A stretch of 63,112 nucleotides of DNA, the filler included, from Reticulomyxa filosa (Eukaryota > Protista > Foraminifera): the NCBI GenBank assembly GCA_000512085.1. It is 23 parts of 23 records of this genome, joined end to end, with 100 filler letters (N's around TTAATTAATTAA, not from the genome) between each part and the next. Parts side by side here need not be neighbours in the genome. Positions count along the whole stretch, not along the records: positions 36,569 to 38,393 come from ASPP01009342.1; positions 38,494 to 40,305 come from ASPP01021688.1; positions 40,406 to 43,857 come from ASPP01020033.1; positions 43,958 to 45,605 come from ASPP01000042.1; positions 45,706 to 50,537 come from ASPP01033631.1; positions 50,638 to 52,148 come from ASPP01044096.1; 17 more parts are not named here. One strand, 5' to 3'. This document shows, one piece after another, positions 38,216 through 51,535 of the stretch. How positions within the stretch are numbered: position 1 is the first letter of the stretch; each line of letters begins with the position of its first letter. The notes below the pieces were generated by a model that ran no database searches, was not told the origin of the DNA, and saw nothing but the letters and a program-made list of their open reading frames with translations. A program made the translations under genes and the position numbers.

Positions 38216-39439
38216 GTATTATCTTGTATTTTTTCATTTTTGGACCAAGATGATTTTGCGGTGGCTTTGATTGACGACGGTACTGTTAAGAATCACCACA
38301 CATATAGACCGCAACAGACTTGAAATCCACTACAAAGTGTTCTTGCAATCTCCATGTTTTGTTTTTTTTTCCCTTCTCAAAAAAAAAAAAAAANNNNNNN
38401 NNNNNNNNNNNNNNNNNNNNNNNNNNNNNNNNNNNNNTTAATTAATTAANNNNNNNNNNNNNNNNNNNNNNNNNNNNNNNNNNNNNNNNNNNNGATGATT
38501 ATTAATCATTACGATAATATCAATCCTAAATGCCAACAGTAATGACAGCAGACTGTTGATGGAAATGAACCAGTGTCGCGATATATTTGCTCTATCCAGT
38601 GTGTGTGAAAGAGCTGACAACAAATCAAAAAGTATATGTTTTGTTGTATATGCATGTTCGAGCACAATAGAAAAAGACTTTGAAATTTGGTACGCTTTTT
38701 GGCTTGAATGAAACCACATAGGCAAAAGTGAAGACATGGATAAATAAGTGATCACAACAACCACTTTGTTTAATAAATGTATTATTTCCGTCTCGGAACA
38801 AAATGGATAGCGCTAAAAATAAAAAAAAATTAAACAAAGAGATGCGGATGGAGAATGAGCAATCAAAGAGACAGCAGTCAAATATATGCCAGTAAACATT
38901 CAAGTCAATTATTTAAAAACGTGCAAACTGCGTAATATATTGTATAGTGGTCCAGAAATGATCTTCAATATCATTAAATATTAATGCTATTCCTCTTTTG
39001 ATACAAAGACAACATATTACCATTTTGTCGTGCACGTAGTCTATGTAAAATGATATACGTACTTTTAAATGCATGGCAGCATCCATTGTAAGTATATACA
39101 TTTGTGTTTTTTTGTTTTCATTGATGTGAGTAAAATATTTGAAAGATAGTTTGAAACATTGGTTTGGTTTGAATGACAATAGCAAGTGTTTATACAGCTA
39201 TTTAAAAGAACATGCAAATTGTATGTATTCTTCGTTATGGACGATCAGGGACATTCTGCAATCTCAAAAATGAATTAAAAATTAATCATTTATAAAATTT
39301 TATCCGAATAGGAAAATGCTGAAGTTGGGAAGAAAATTATCATTAACATTATTAATTTAATTTAAAAATTAATTAATTAAATAAATCAAAATGTAATAAA
39401 AATAAAAAATAAAAATGAGATGCGGCAATGAGGGACCAG

Positions 39440-39910
39440 GAATCTTGGACATATCCGACTATTTGACCACTATTCAAGTAAACAAGGCCGTAAGTGTGAT
39501 GGCGTGATGAAATGGAAACAGCACAAAGAACAAAAAGGAAAATTAGAAAAGATGTATTCAAAACTGGGACAATCAGAGCATCGGCGCCGTGACGGCCGTA
39601 AGTCTTTAGTGTTGTTGATTGGCCACTTTTGAGGATTGTAAGCGATCCCACAATGCTAGTGGTTGCTTGCAGATCCTCAATTAGTCAACAAATTGTAGAC
39701 CACTTAATTGTAGGGTGCAATGCATCCCTATACGCGCGTCAATATCTATTGACACAAGCCACATGGCTGGTCATAGATAAGCCGCGTCGAATGGAGTCGT
39801 CGTCATAATATTCACCTTCGACTTGTCCACATGAGTGGACGAATTTCCTTGCAGGACTGGTGGCACGGACGACTCTATGTGATGCAATCTTGCATCAAAT
39901 ACTTGGTCTA
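39440..39910 (+). pseudogene. Possible decayed DEAD-box helicase fragment
   Basis: Degenerate motifs in the expected order: DGRKSLVLLI (I), DPTMLVVA...QQI (Ia), HLIVG (Ib), TWLVIDKPRRM (II, normally LVIDEADRM). Contains frameshifts. Confidence 0.4.
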
Positions 39911-40405
39911 CGCGTGCGGAACAACACATCATTATCATCATGGAGGAGCCACTTACAGGAACAGCAAACTGGAAACTGGAATACCATTACTCGACGGCAA
40001 TATCCACGAAATGCCATCATCAATCATATCAATACCAAAATCCATTATAACAATAAAAATGACAAATGTAAAAAAAAAAAAAAAGATGATCGAAATGTAC
40101 ACACACCTAACAAGCAAATAAAAGTGATAATTCCCTCCTCATCGTTAGAACATTGCATTAAAAAAAAAAGAGACAAGTGAAAAAAGGTGCAATGAATGGA
40201 AAAAAAGAAGCAACGGGGGAAAAGGTACAAAAGGGAAACAATGAGCAAAAGGGGAAAAAATACATTAGAAACAACAAGAAATATGGACAACAAAAAAATA
40301 TCTGGNNNNNNNNNNNNNNNNNNNNNNNNNNNNNNNNNNNNNNNNNNNNTTAATTAATTAANNNNNNNNNNNNNNNNNNNNNNNNNNNNNNNNNNNNNNN
40401 NNNNN

Positions 40406-40442
<37 letters not shown>

Positions 40443-41053
40443 CGTCGTCATCATCATCGTGACCATCGTGATCGTCGCGGTCGTCGTTATCTGTTCCGCC
40501 ATTGCTGTCAGTCATGAGGGGACGACGAAAACTGCCTTGTGCGCTGCTTTGATTGGTATAATTGTTGCTGGAGTAGTTGCTCACAATAGGATGGGCCTGC
40601 TGACTCCCGTCGTAACTGGTGTCACTCATCAACACATTTCTGCGAAGCATCAGATGTAGGCACTCTTGCGTGTTTTGTCGCTGGTACTCAAGACGACTCA
40701 AATACTCGTCGCGCAACTGCTCCATCTCCTCGACGTGCTGTCGTCGCAGCTGATTCAGCTTCTCTTCCATCTGCTCGCGAGGAATCATGTCTTGCGACAG
40801 CGTCCCTGTGGGCGAGTACACGAGTTTTTTCATCGTTGGTGATGACGTGGATGACGGTCCGACGATTATATCACTCGCAGATGAGCAAGGGTCGTGATTG
40901 TTCTGCGCTTTTTCAACTGCCAATTCATTGTTAATATTATTGTCATTAATATTATTGTTGTTATTATTATTGTTGTTATTATTATTATTATTGTTATTAT
41001 TATTATTATTGTTGTCATTATTAATATTGTTATTATTAATATTGTTATTGTCA

Positions 41054-41084
<31 letters not shown>

Positions 41085-41611
41085 CATTATTATTGTTATC
41101 ATTATTATTGTTATCATTATCATTATCGTGACTTATGTCATCCTCCACTTCCACTTCGATCTCGGGTACGAGTGCTGTAGCCGGTGTCGCTTCTGCTGTT
41201 ATGGTCGCAGTCGAAGATCCACTTGTCATCAATGGCTGAGACATAAATTGAAGCTGTAATTGTGATTGTGACTGTGATTGTGATTGTGATTGTGACTGTG
41301 ATTGTGATTGTGATTGCGATTGTGATTGTGATTGCGATTGTGGAGATAGCATGACCTTCTCGAGTACGGTGTCGCTACGCTTGGGTCGATGCAATGTGGA
41401 GATGTCCGAGAGCCCAAGGCGCCTCAGCTCTTGTCGCAACATCTCATTATCAAGCTTTAATATCTCTATATGCTCCTGCGACTCGCTCTCGGGTATGCTG
41501 TCCGTTTTTCTCAACTCTTTGGGTGAGTCTCTCGATTGCATGACATTTTCGTCTTCTTTCTCTTCTGTTGCTACTGTCGGAGGTGGTTCTTTTGATATAT
41601 CTTTATTATCA

Positions 41612-41667
<56 letters not shown>

Positions 41668-42310
41668 GCTAATGCTGTTATTATTGTTGTTATTGTTATG
41701 ATCTTCCAATGTTTGCGACTCTCGACTCAAATGAATAGAATGAAGCAAATGTACATTTTGTTGTAACGACGCAATTTTTTCATGCAAAGACTCAAGTTCT
41801 TTTTTATGTTCGTCCGACACATATAAAAACTTCCTTTCATACATGTCTCGTAACAGTAATAGCTCTTGATTCAAAAAGTAGATCTGCCGATGCAAATATC
41901 CATTGTCACATTCACTTCGGTGCTCATTCGACCCCCCGCTCTTGCCTTGGTTCCATTGCTTTCGATACCCCTCCAAAAATTCTATATGCTTCATTGATGT
42001 ACCTAAATGCGATACTAGTCGCTTTTTTTTTTTCATTTGGGGGGGGGGGGGGGAGGAGATTTTTGCATATGCATATATGTATATACATTTATATATGTAT
42101 AATTCAAGTTTTTTTTTTCCCGTTTTTTTTTTTTTTTTTTACTTGGAGTTGTCGCTCGTAGGCCTGAATTATCTGTTCTTTTTCAGCCTGAACTTTTCTC
42201 ACCCCTTCACTATTATCGTCTTTCCCTGTGGCAGATGATTTTGAACTATCATCTTCTGCTAACGGAAAGGATAAAATTCGAAATAATTGTTCGTGCGAGG
42301 ACCGATTCAT
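40406..42310 (-). CDS. Low-complexity coiled-coil protein with poly-Asn and (SQ)n tracts, partial
   Basis: Open frame of more than 500 codons plus an upstream exon at ~42144-42310; AAT/AAC and CAATCA microsatellites. Confidence 0.75.
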
Positions 42311-42717
42311 CGCAACGAAAATTCAATACAAAGGTTAATGTTTTTTTTTTGTTCTTCCCTCTCACTCTTCTTTTCTTCTTACAAAGTCACTTTTTTTTTT
42401 CATTTTTGCGGAAATGATAGAGGTATATTATTAGCAGACATTATTTACACTGCTCAAGCATGCATTATTTTTTGTTTAGCGACGCTTTTGAACAACGAAT
42501 AATTCTGTGGAAATATGAAGAAGTGATTTTGTTTTGTGAGCGGTATGAATCTTCTTTTGGTCAAAATAAGCAAATTGCAAAACAAATTTTGCTCAACACT
42601 CTGATAATAACAAAAAAGCAAAATTTTTTTAAAAAAAAATTTTCAGGACATTATTTTTGCTTTCGTGAGATGAAATGTACTTTTTTTAAAAAAAAGCAGC
42701 AGAACTTTGGGGGGTTA

Positions 42718-43850
42718 ATGTCCAATCTTCTTCATTGTGCACTCTGTAATGCCCAATTTTCCTCCAAGGAAGAATTATATGATCACACTCTCGCACATGA
42801 GAGCTTTGGCAATGGCCTAAGTGATGATGATTTGGAAATAACGAGTGACGTGGTGGTGAAAGAAAAGGTCGTGATGATCCCTTGCGAATACGCGAATTGC
42901 ACTCGAGGGATGATCCCGATGGATGAGTACGATGATCATTTGCATTTGCATCAGCTGCATGAAGAATCTATTTCTTCAAAAACAGGACAAGATGACGCAC
43001 TGCTAAAAGAAGTAGAAAGTGACGCAGAAAACGAGTCAAGCCATAAAATCGAGGGTAAGCATCACCAACTTTCGCTTCGATTGATGCACCCGCTAATCAC
43101 CGACACACAAGAACTGAACAAAGTATATGAACAAGATCAAACCATCTCCAAAGAAGTTATGTATAAATAAATAAATATACATATATACATATATACACAT
43201 ATATATATATGTATATTAAGATTTAAAAAAAAAAAAAAAAATACAAAGATTAAAGAAGATGACCACTACGTAGCCAATGTGATCCCAGCAATTCAATATT
43301 TATTAAATACTCATAAGGTGTATAAAGATGTTTACGAGTACTATTTATGTGACGATTTGCGCTTTTATTGGAGAGACAAAGAAGACTACTCTTGGGGGTG
43401 CGGATTTCGAAATACTCAAATGTTGTGCTCGTCATTGTTGTTGGCAGTGCCTCAGTTGTGTAGCAATGCCAATAATAACAACAGCAACAATGACAAGATT
43501 AATAATAATGACAATAATAATAATGATAATAACAATAATAATAAAATAATAATAACAACAATAATAATAATAATAATAATAAAATAATAATAACAACAAT
43601 AATAATAATAATAACAATAATAATAATAATGAGAATGTGAATGTGTACAAGAAAATGTTATTTCATGGACTGGGTTATGTTCCTGCGATAAATGATATCC
43701 AAAAATTTCTCGACTATTCTCACAGTCAAGGATTTGATGTGCAAGGCCTGTTGGAGCTAGGGCAGCTGCAAGATAGTCGCACTTGGATTGGAGCTGTGGA
43801 TGTGTCCGCAATGCTGCGATCTTTTGGCATTCCCGCGTGCATTTACTCTT
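42718..43850 (+). CDS. ZUP1: ZUP1/ZUFSP-like deubiquitinase (Zn fingers + peptidase C78), partial
   Basis: CALC..HTLAH and CEYANC..HLHLH fingers; catalytic DYSWGCGFRNTQMLCSSL; VPAINDIQ...GFDVQG...WIGAVDV. Confidence 0.85.
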
Positions 43851-44830
43851 TTTTTTTNNNNNNNNNNNNNNNNNNNNNNNNNNNNNNNNNNNNNNNNNNN
43901 NTTAATTAATTAANNNNNNNNNNNNNNNNNNNNNNNNNNNNNNNNNNNNNNNNNNNNTTTTTTTAGGTGTTGCTGAAGATGTACATGCCAAATATCATCG
44001 GGTTGATTGTGTATACATTTACCTGTGGTTTTTTCTCTGTTTTCTCGTATTCGGTATTAGACATTTTTCCCATTGATGAGAATTCTGAAAAAATGGAACT
44101 TTTCAACTTCATCCCAAATTGAATCATTACGAAATCTTTTATGCTTTGTTTTTCAGAATCCTTTTTTTATAAGATAGTGAGTGTTCTGGATAGTCAATGT
44201 ATTACAATAATAGATTTAAAATATTTTGAAATGAGTTCACAATAAAGCGATAAAAAAATACATAAAAACATGACCCTTGTAGGGAAAGTCCCTATTATAA
44301 ATCCCCAACTACTAACGGAACGGTGGGACCCCCATTGGGTTAAAACCCTCTTCTCAACACAACTCACTTTTCTCTCGTTGTACTTGTTTCTTTCATTTTA
44401 GTTGTTATTATTCTTTTTTAATTTACTTTCTTTTACTGAAGTTGTTCTTTTGGAACTAAGTTCCTTTCGTATTACACTTAGTCTTCTCACAAATCCCACA
44501 TTATGTTACATACTCTTGAAGGAATCACTTCATACTTTGACTTGATAGCTTTTCTGAAATAAATATTGAAGTTTGCTCATACAAAAAAAAGTTTATAAAC
44601 ATGTTTAGAAACTGGAGACATTTGCTTTGTTTTTTTTGTGAGCAAAATTGAAGAAGTTGTAATTGCACACGCGTATTTTAAAAAAATGAACAGCTTGAAA
44701 TTTTTTTTTTAATATCTCCCTCCTACTTGGGGAACCGGTAAAACAGTTGTAAGCACGTTACAGTCGGAAAACAAGCAAAGCTGAGAAAGGGGTTGTTGTT
44801 GATAAATAAAATATACATTGTTGATAATCA

Positions 44831-45605
44831 ATGGCATTGCAAGGGCAAGCATTTTCGTCCCTTCCATCTCTTTCAACTTCAAATGTTGTTGCCACAGGGA
44901 AGGCACATTCGCCGTCACCGCAGTCGCCACAACGTCAGGGTCATAATCCGAAGATGGTGTCACCACGATCGATCCCACATAACAGCGGTAAGAGTAGTGC
45001 GCAAAGCCTGTGTTTCCACTGTACACATAAAATGTACACACAGGCACATTGAATATGATGTAACCACTAGGAAACGAGGAAATGTATGTATAACAAACAA
45101 TGGGCATAGGACCAAAGCCATTGTTGAATCGGCAATCCTCGAAAACGCACGAATTGTTTCACAGCAACACAGCAAGCAGTAATAGCAACATTAATCCTAG
45201 CAATGGTAATCATAGCAACAGTAACAGTAATAATATAGGCAATGCCACGAATCAGTCAGTGGCCGAGGCAATGCCTCCCAAATATTTCCGTCGTGATAGC
45301 CGACTGCATCGACAGCAAAGCAGCGGCGGCGGCTACACGGCGACGATGGACAATGGCGCCGGCGTCCATCAAAGCGGCCAAGGACATGCCAAGGCGCGTT
45401 CCAGCGACTCCATCCTCCAAGTGGTACATGACAATGACAATGACAATGAAAATGATGGCAACGATGGCGGCGGCGGCGGCGGCGCTGTCGATAGAAGCGT
45501 TCCAGGTGTTGATGATACCAAAAGGAATTATCGCAAGCACTCGCAATCTTATGACTTGGACTTTAATCCTTATGGATACTCACCCAATCAAACTCCATTG
45601 CTTCA
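44831..45605 (+). CDS. Low-complexity Ser/Asn/Gly-rich hypothetical protein, partial exons
   Basis: Two protein-like ORF segments separated by a GTAAGA...TAG interval. Confidence 0.5.
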
Positions 45606-45913
45606 NNNNNNNNNNNNNNNNNNNNNNNNNNNNNNNNNNNNNNNNNNNNTTAATTAATTAANNNNNNNNNNNNNNNNNNNNNNNNNNNNNNNNNNNNNNN
45701 NNNNNACTTTGGCTTGTTTGGTTGTTTGAAGAGAGAAGAGCCAAACCACCTTCGTAATGTTTAAGAGAACTTTTTCTAAAAAGGGAAAACTTTTTCTCTT
45801 CCAGAGAAAAGTCATTACTCAAAAAATAAGTATTTATTCCAAAAAAAAATTTTAATTCAATTATTTGTGGTTAATCTATTTTTGGGATCACAAATAAAAA
45901 ATGAAATAATATA

Positions 45914-47160
45914 TAAAAATTTGAACAATTATTTTTTTCAAGTTGTTTTGTCAAAAATATCAAAATATTACAAAAAATTGCAAATTTGAATCTTTTTCAT
46001 AAACATTTATTAGTTGTGCATTTATGTCTTACTTAAGGAAAAAAAGGTCTTTTTTTTTTTGTTGTCTCTATATCTCTATCTAGTACCAGTCCATAATTAG
46101 GGTGCTAATCGCCCTCTTAGCAAAAAACTGTTATGTCTTTTTTATTTTTCAAGTTATTTTGCAACTAAAAAGTTGTTTTGTTTTGTTTTGTTTGAACAGT
46201 TCGCAAACTTCAAAAAAAAAATAAAAAGATGTCATTTTTGTTTGGATGCTTTGCATCCTTTATCAAGAGAAAAAAAATAATTGAATATGGGGTAAGGCCC
46301 CCCGTCTCCGCAAGGAGTACTAATGGTTTGGTCTACATTGATACGTTGTTTTTTTTTGACGTAATTGACTTTGTTTGTTCTTTGATTAACAGCCGCAACC
46401 CGTCTGTTCAAAAAACAAACAAACCGTATACGTCACACTCCCAACTCCCAACAAAGAAAAATTTTGGGGTTGAAGCCACCCCGCGTCGCCAAAAAAATGA
46501 AAGGGTTTGTTTCTTTTATTTATATTTTTTTTTATCAGATATTTGTGTATTGTCAATAGGCATGCCCCCATCAACAAATTTTATTTCCCCCTCACCGTAA
46601 CAAAAGAAAATATTTTTTTATAGATTTGAATTTGAGCTTTTAGCTCTACTGCAAATGTATGTTGTTTGTATTTTTAAAAATGAAAAACTATTTCAATTTG
46701 TAAATGTGTTTATAGGGCCCAAGAGACAAAAAAGGATTTGAAGTTTATTTTTTTTTTAATATTTTTTATTTCTATTTGATGTTAAGTGATTGTGAACATT
46801 GGGGGGGAAAGAAAATAAATGGAAAAATGGGAAAAAGATGGAATTGGAAAAAAGGGAAAAGTAAATGTGTGAATGGGGAAAATAAATGGGGAAAATTGGG
46901 AAATAAAATTGGGGAAATTGGTTGGGAAAAATTTTTTTTGTTAAGAAAATTAAAAAATGAATTAGAAAAATGAAGGAAAAAAAAAAAGTGTTCAAAAATT
47001 TAAAGAAAATAAATAAAAAGATGACAATGAGAAAAATAAAGAAAAAAAGAAAAAAAATAAAAAAGCAAAAAAAAAGAGAAAAATAAAGAAAAAAAAAGAG
47101 AAAAAAAAAAGAAAAAACGAAATAGAAGAGAAAAAGTGGATAAATTGGAAAAAGAAAAAC
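45914..47160 (+). repeat. Dispersed structured-head repeat, copy C, plus purine tract
   Basis: Core at 46289-46317; colinear with copies A and B. Confidence 0.9.
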
Positions 47161-50100
47161 TGGAGATCGCTATTCACGCATGCGAGTGGGGCTTTGGAGT
47201 TTTCAACAATGTCCTTACTTCACATAAAGAGCACAGGTGAAAGCTCTTGAACATGAACGGTGGCGTAGTGGCAATCGGAAGAATTTGAAAGACTTGGCCT
47301 GCAGTGATGGTGAACAAATATATGTGGATAATTCTTGGCGTAAAGATGGCACCTGCGAACAAGTGAAACCGATGTTGTGTAGTCAATGAACAATGGAATC
47401 TCAGTCGTATGGAAATGAACATAATTTATAAATACATAGATCGTGAGAAACTTGTCGTGTGCGTGCGCAAAATCGCGTTGAATTTTGATTGTGAACTCGT
47501 GGGACGTTGAGCATTGTTGGTCGGTGAAGAACAGATAGAGTTGATTGCATTTTCCACTTATGTGCCTTGCGTTTGCCAGAAAGTGCACATATCTTTACGA
47601 ACTGTACCAGAATCGACTATGGAATACGACGGCGTGTTGGGTACTAAGGAAGCAAGAGAAAAGAGTAGCAACGAATAGGTCTAATAAAAAAATAGGATGC
47701 AAATGGTACTCGTTGCAAATATTCAAGCATTTGATCAGGTCAAAGGTATCATTCATACAAGGTCGAATAGAGCAAGTGGACTTGTAAGTGGAAATATCAC
47801 TATATGGGGTTGGGATAGTGTGGCAAGATTTTCTCAAATATATTAAATACATAGACCTTGGTGCTTAAAAATAGAAGCAAGTTCGCCAGTAAGAAAAAAA
47901 GAAAACGGTGATAGCACGCAAAGTGAAAGCGATATCGATATTATGGTATAGCGACGACAGCAGCGACCGGACCGACGAAGAAGTGTAAAGCGAGCAAGAA
48001 AAAATCAAGAATATCGTCGAAAAAAATAACTAACATGTACACGAGCAAACCACTGCATCGTATAGATCATCACGTGTAAGAATGGTTCAATTTAACCTGC
48101 GAAAATTACAAGACACCAGCAAGCAAGAAGGGGCATAGGATGAGGAAGACGAAGAGAAAGATTGTTTCGAAATTATATCGTGTTAAATTTGTTTAAAATA
48201 ATAATAATAATAATAATAAAAAACAACCAGTAGGCCTGCTTTATTAAAATTGGTTATATGGACTTACTTTTTACGCCTCGCGAAAGTGTTGAGCGAATAT
48301 AGCAATTTCTAGAAGTGCTATCATGTATTTGAAAGAACTTGTTTGCCATCAACACAGGCAACACACAAGTCTCTGGCGCTTTGACACGCCAAGAATTACC
48401 CGCAAATAAGTTATCCAACTGCGATCTACCAGCGCCAACAGCAAGGGAAACTCGGTCGTTATTGAAATAGCGCTAATTTTATAAACGCAAGATAATAATT
48501 GGAACGTAGATTGTGCACCAGTGTCAAAACTAGTCGTATGTGTGTGCGCACATGCGCAAATTTGAGCTTTGGACTATGCACGTGCTGATAGGGGGGAATC
48601 GTAAGCTCCCGGGCGACATCGAACATTGCGCATTCGCAAGCATGAAATTCGTTCACATAGTGTGCAACCTCTTCTCTCCAATGGAAGTTACTGCACGGGT
48701 GTGAATATCAAGCGCAGTCCAATGACAAACTTTCGTTTATCGCACATAATCGCCGATTATCTTTGTGGACTGTCTCATGATCGATTATGGATCGACAGTG
48801 GTGAAACGCGATTTTTTTTTTTTCGTCACATTATCACAGCACTTGAAGAAACGTGGGGATGCTTTATATTCGTTTGCACTGTGTTCAAGCCAATGGAAGA
48901 TACTGCGCAAATGCGGCAATGTTCATTTTGTCAGGACGCAGCGTTATCACCACAATCAACTTTTCAATTTTTTTGGTCTCATTCTCCAGACAACGATTTC
49001 TCATGTGGAACTGACTCGTTGTAATAGCGCTGTTTACTTTCGTGTCTTTTACAAATGCGTCCACAAACTCGTTGAACACCACCAAGTTTTCCAGTGTTAA
49101 TACTTTTCTCCAAACGTTGTCGTCCAACCAACCATTGCTTGTGTTGCTCCACCATAGTATTCTGTGCGCGTGTCCTACTTGAACCAAGAAACGATAATCG
49201 TATGTGTGCGCACATTCGCAATTTTGGCTCGCGAGACATTGAGTATTGATGATTGGTGAAGAGATAGTTGGCTGCATTTTCTAACTCTATCGCTGCGAGA
49301 GTTGTGTTTATCGATCCAGGGGACAAATTTAGCAAAGATGATCGGCACTTGTTCGACTATGGACTACAGAAGACGTGTTTGGATGAGAATCAATGCTTTG
49401 TATTCGTCGGATATCGGCACTTGGTGAACAAGGAAGTGTAGGTCGCCAATTTGTGTTTGTTTCCAGATCAATCCCAAACAATGTAGACCTTGGTGCCGCC
49501 ATAACATAAAAGCAAGATCGTCAAAAAAGAAAAAAAAAAAAAGAAAATGTGTTTGAAGTGGAAGGCGATGGGAAAAAAAAGAGAATAGAAATTGTCATGA
49601 AATGCCCATTTATGGCGATGGAGCAAACGAGTGAGATGAGAAAAAAAAAAAAATTTCAAGAATATATTTATGTTAAATTTATTTTTTAAAAAAAAATAAT
49701 AAAATATATAACCAGTCAGCCCGGCTTTGTTAAGTTTGGCTATGTAATCGTTTTTCATCCCTAGAAACACGCAAAGTCGCCATTCGCGGATGTCGACTAA
49801 CTTTCCATATCGCGCCCGATGAAAAATGCGAGTTAGTGGCAATCCAAAGCATTGGAAAGAATGTTTTCAATAAATAGGTGCATAAAAGTCTCTGAGAATA
49901 ATTGTGGCGCGGCATAGCACCAAAGAGGTCGTCGAAATGCAATCTACCGGCGTCAACAAACAATGAACATTATTGTCATTATGGAAATGGTGCAATTTTG
50001 TTAACGCAGAGATTGAGCACTCGGATTTTTGAATCGTGAACTTGTGAAACTCTTGCAGCGATGGAGTCGGAAGATACAACTAACTCTATCTTTTTCTTCA

Positions 50101-50537
50101 TTTATCAACAATGTTCAATGCTGTGTGCCTTGCGTTTGGATTGCAATCAAGAAAGGAAGAGAGAGAGAGAGAAGAACAAGAGCGAATGAATTTGGCATTT
50201 TAGAAAATATTAATTATATAATGGCATTGAAACAATTGGAAAAAAATTATCCCAGTTCAATCATCAATTATCTGAATCTTGGTGATTGACTACGAAGACA
50301 AACTTATCAAAAAGAAAGAAAAAAAGATGTAATAATATTACTCAAAATGGAAACGATATCGATATTGCGGTATCACAACAACAGCAGCAACTGGATTGGT
50401 AGAAGAAACGAAAGAAAAAAAATAAGAGGACTTGGACGTTGTAGGAAATAAATAAGTACACATGATGATTGAGTAAGACACTCTCACATGGAGCTCTTCT
50501 TCCGATATCGTGGTTCAATTTGGTGGATGAGTTTTAC
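47161..50537 (+). pseudogene. Tandem array of about 3 decayed copies of an unknown module; body of copy C
   Basis: Block related to ACCTTGGTG..AAGCAAG..(A)n..GATATCGATA..CAGCAGC recurs at ~47851, ~49484 (partial) and ~50272. GTGTGCG(T/C)-rich block at ~47455, ~48535 and ~49200. Strand uncertain. Confidence 0.6.
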
Positions 50538-50637
50538 NNNNNNNNNNNNNNNNNNNNNNNNNNNNNNNNNNNNNNNNNNNNTTAATTAATTAANNNNNNN
50601 NNNNNNNNNNNNNNNNNNNNNNNNNNNNNNNNNNNNN

Positions 50638-51190
50638 TGGTATACCTGGAAATGATAAAGTAGATCTTGTTGAAATAATGCTCGCAAGAAAGCCCAGCAA
50701 TTGCAGCCAGATTTGAGTCAATAGCATAAATCAGCGGCATTCCTGAATAGTCATGGAGCAATGGAATAGACATACAATGCCACAATATTTTCTATCTAAC
50801 CTGATGGAGGCTCAATCATTTGAAAAGATTGTATTGCATTCATTGACATTTAGTGAACGCAAGATTATTTGTCAGTTGATTACTGGAAAATGATTATTTG
50901 TACAACATCCAAAGATCAGATTTTCCTGGTGTGAGTAAGAAGAGACTGTTGAGTATTTCTTGATGAATGTTCGCAGTACAGTGAATTACGTCGCAATTGG
51001 TGGACAAATGTCCAATAATTGAGGATGAACCTGGTTCAACTCCAGCCTCAACTTTATGGATGCAATCCAAATCTTGTATGCCAACACAAGATTATGACCA
51101 TCTGATGCACTTGTGATACAACTTCTTGTCTTCGAAGAAGTTGAGAAATAACATTGACTGTGTAAAAAAAAATTCATCCCCTTCATCATC
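50638..51190 (+). mobile_element. LINE ORF2 3' fragment (end of RNase H + CCHC finger), decayed
   Basis: GIPGNDKVDL (RNase H); ICQLITGK..YLYNI...ETVEYFL.ECSQYSELRR across frameshifts. Confidence 0.75.
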
Positions 51191-51535
51191 ATTGGCTAAC
51201 TAAAAAAGCCAAAAGTTGCAAATGCCGAAGCGAAAGGAAGTGGCAAAAATCGGACTCTGTGCCAAAAACACGAGAAGCCTACGGCCCCGAGCCAGGCCAA
51301 AAAATCAACGAAAAGTCCCTGAACACCAAATGCCCTGAAACTAAAAAAAAAATAAAATGATTCAACAATTTTTATGTTTGTTTTGTTTAATTTTGTAAGG
51401 TGATAACTGATAATGTTAAATTTTTTTCATTTTAATTTGATTGATATTTAACCTTGAATGTTATTTGTTGGTTACTTTTTTGTAACGTATTGTATTATTT
51501 AGTAGGTGCTTGTTTTACAATATTTTGCCTTGTTG

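Noticed and set aside
47163-47680. Long plus-strand frame interrupted only by TGA (alternative code or selenoprotein)
   Set aside because: It is the antisense shadow of an open minus-strand frame in decayed DNA. Intact genes here use TGG for Trp, and no SECIS was seen.
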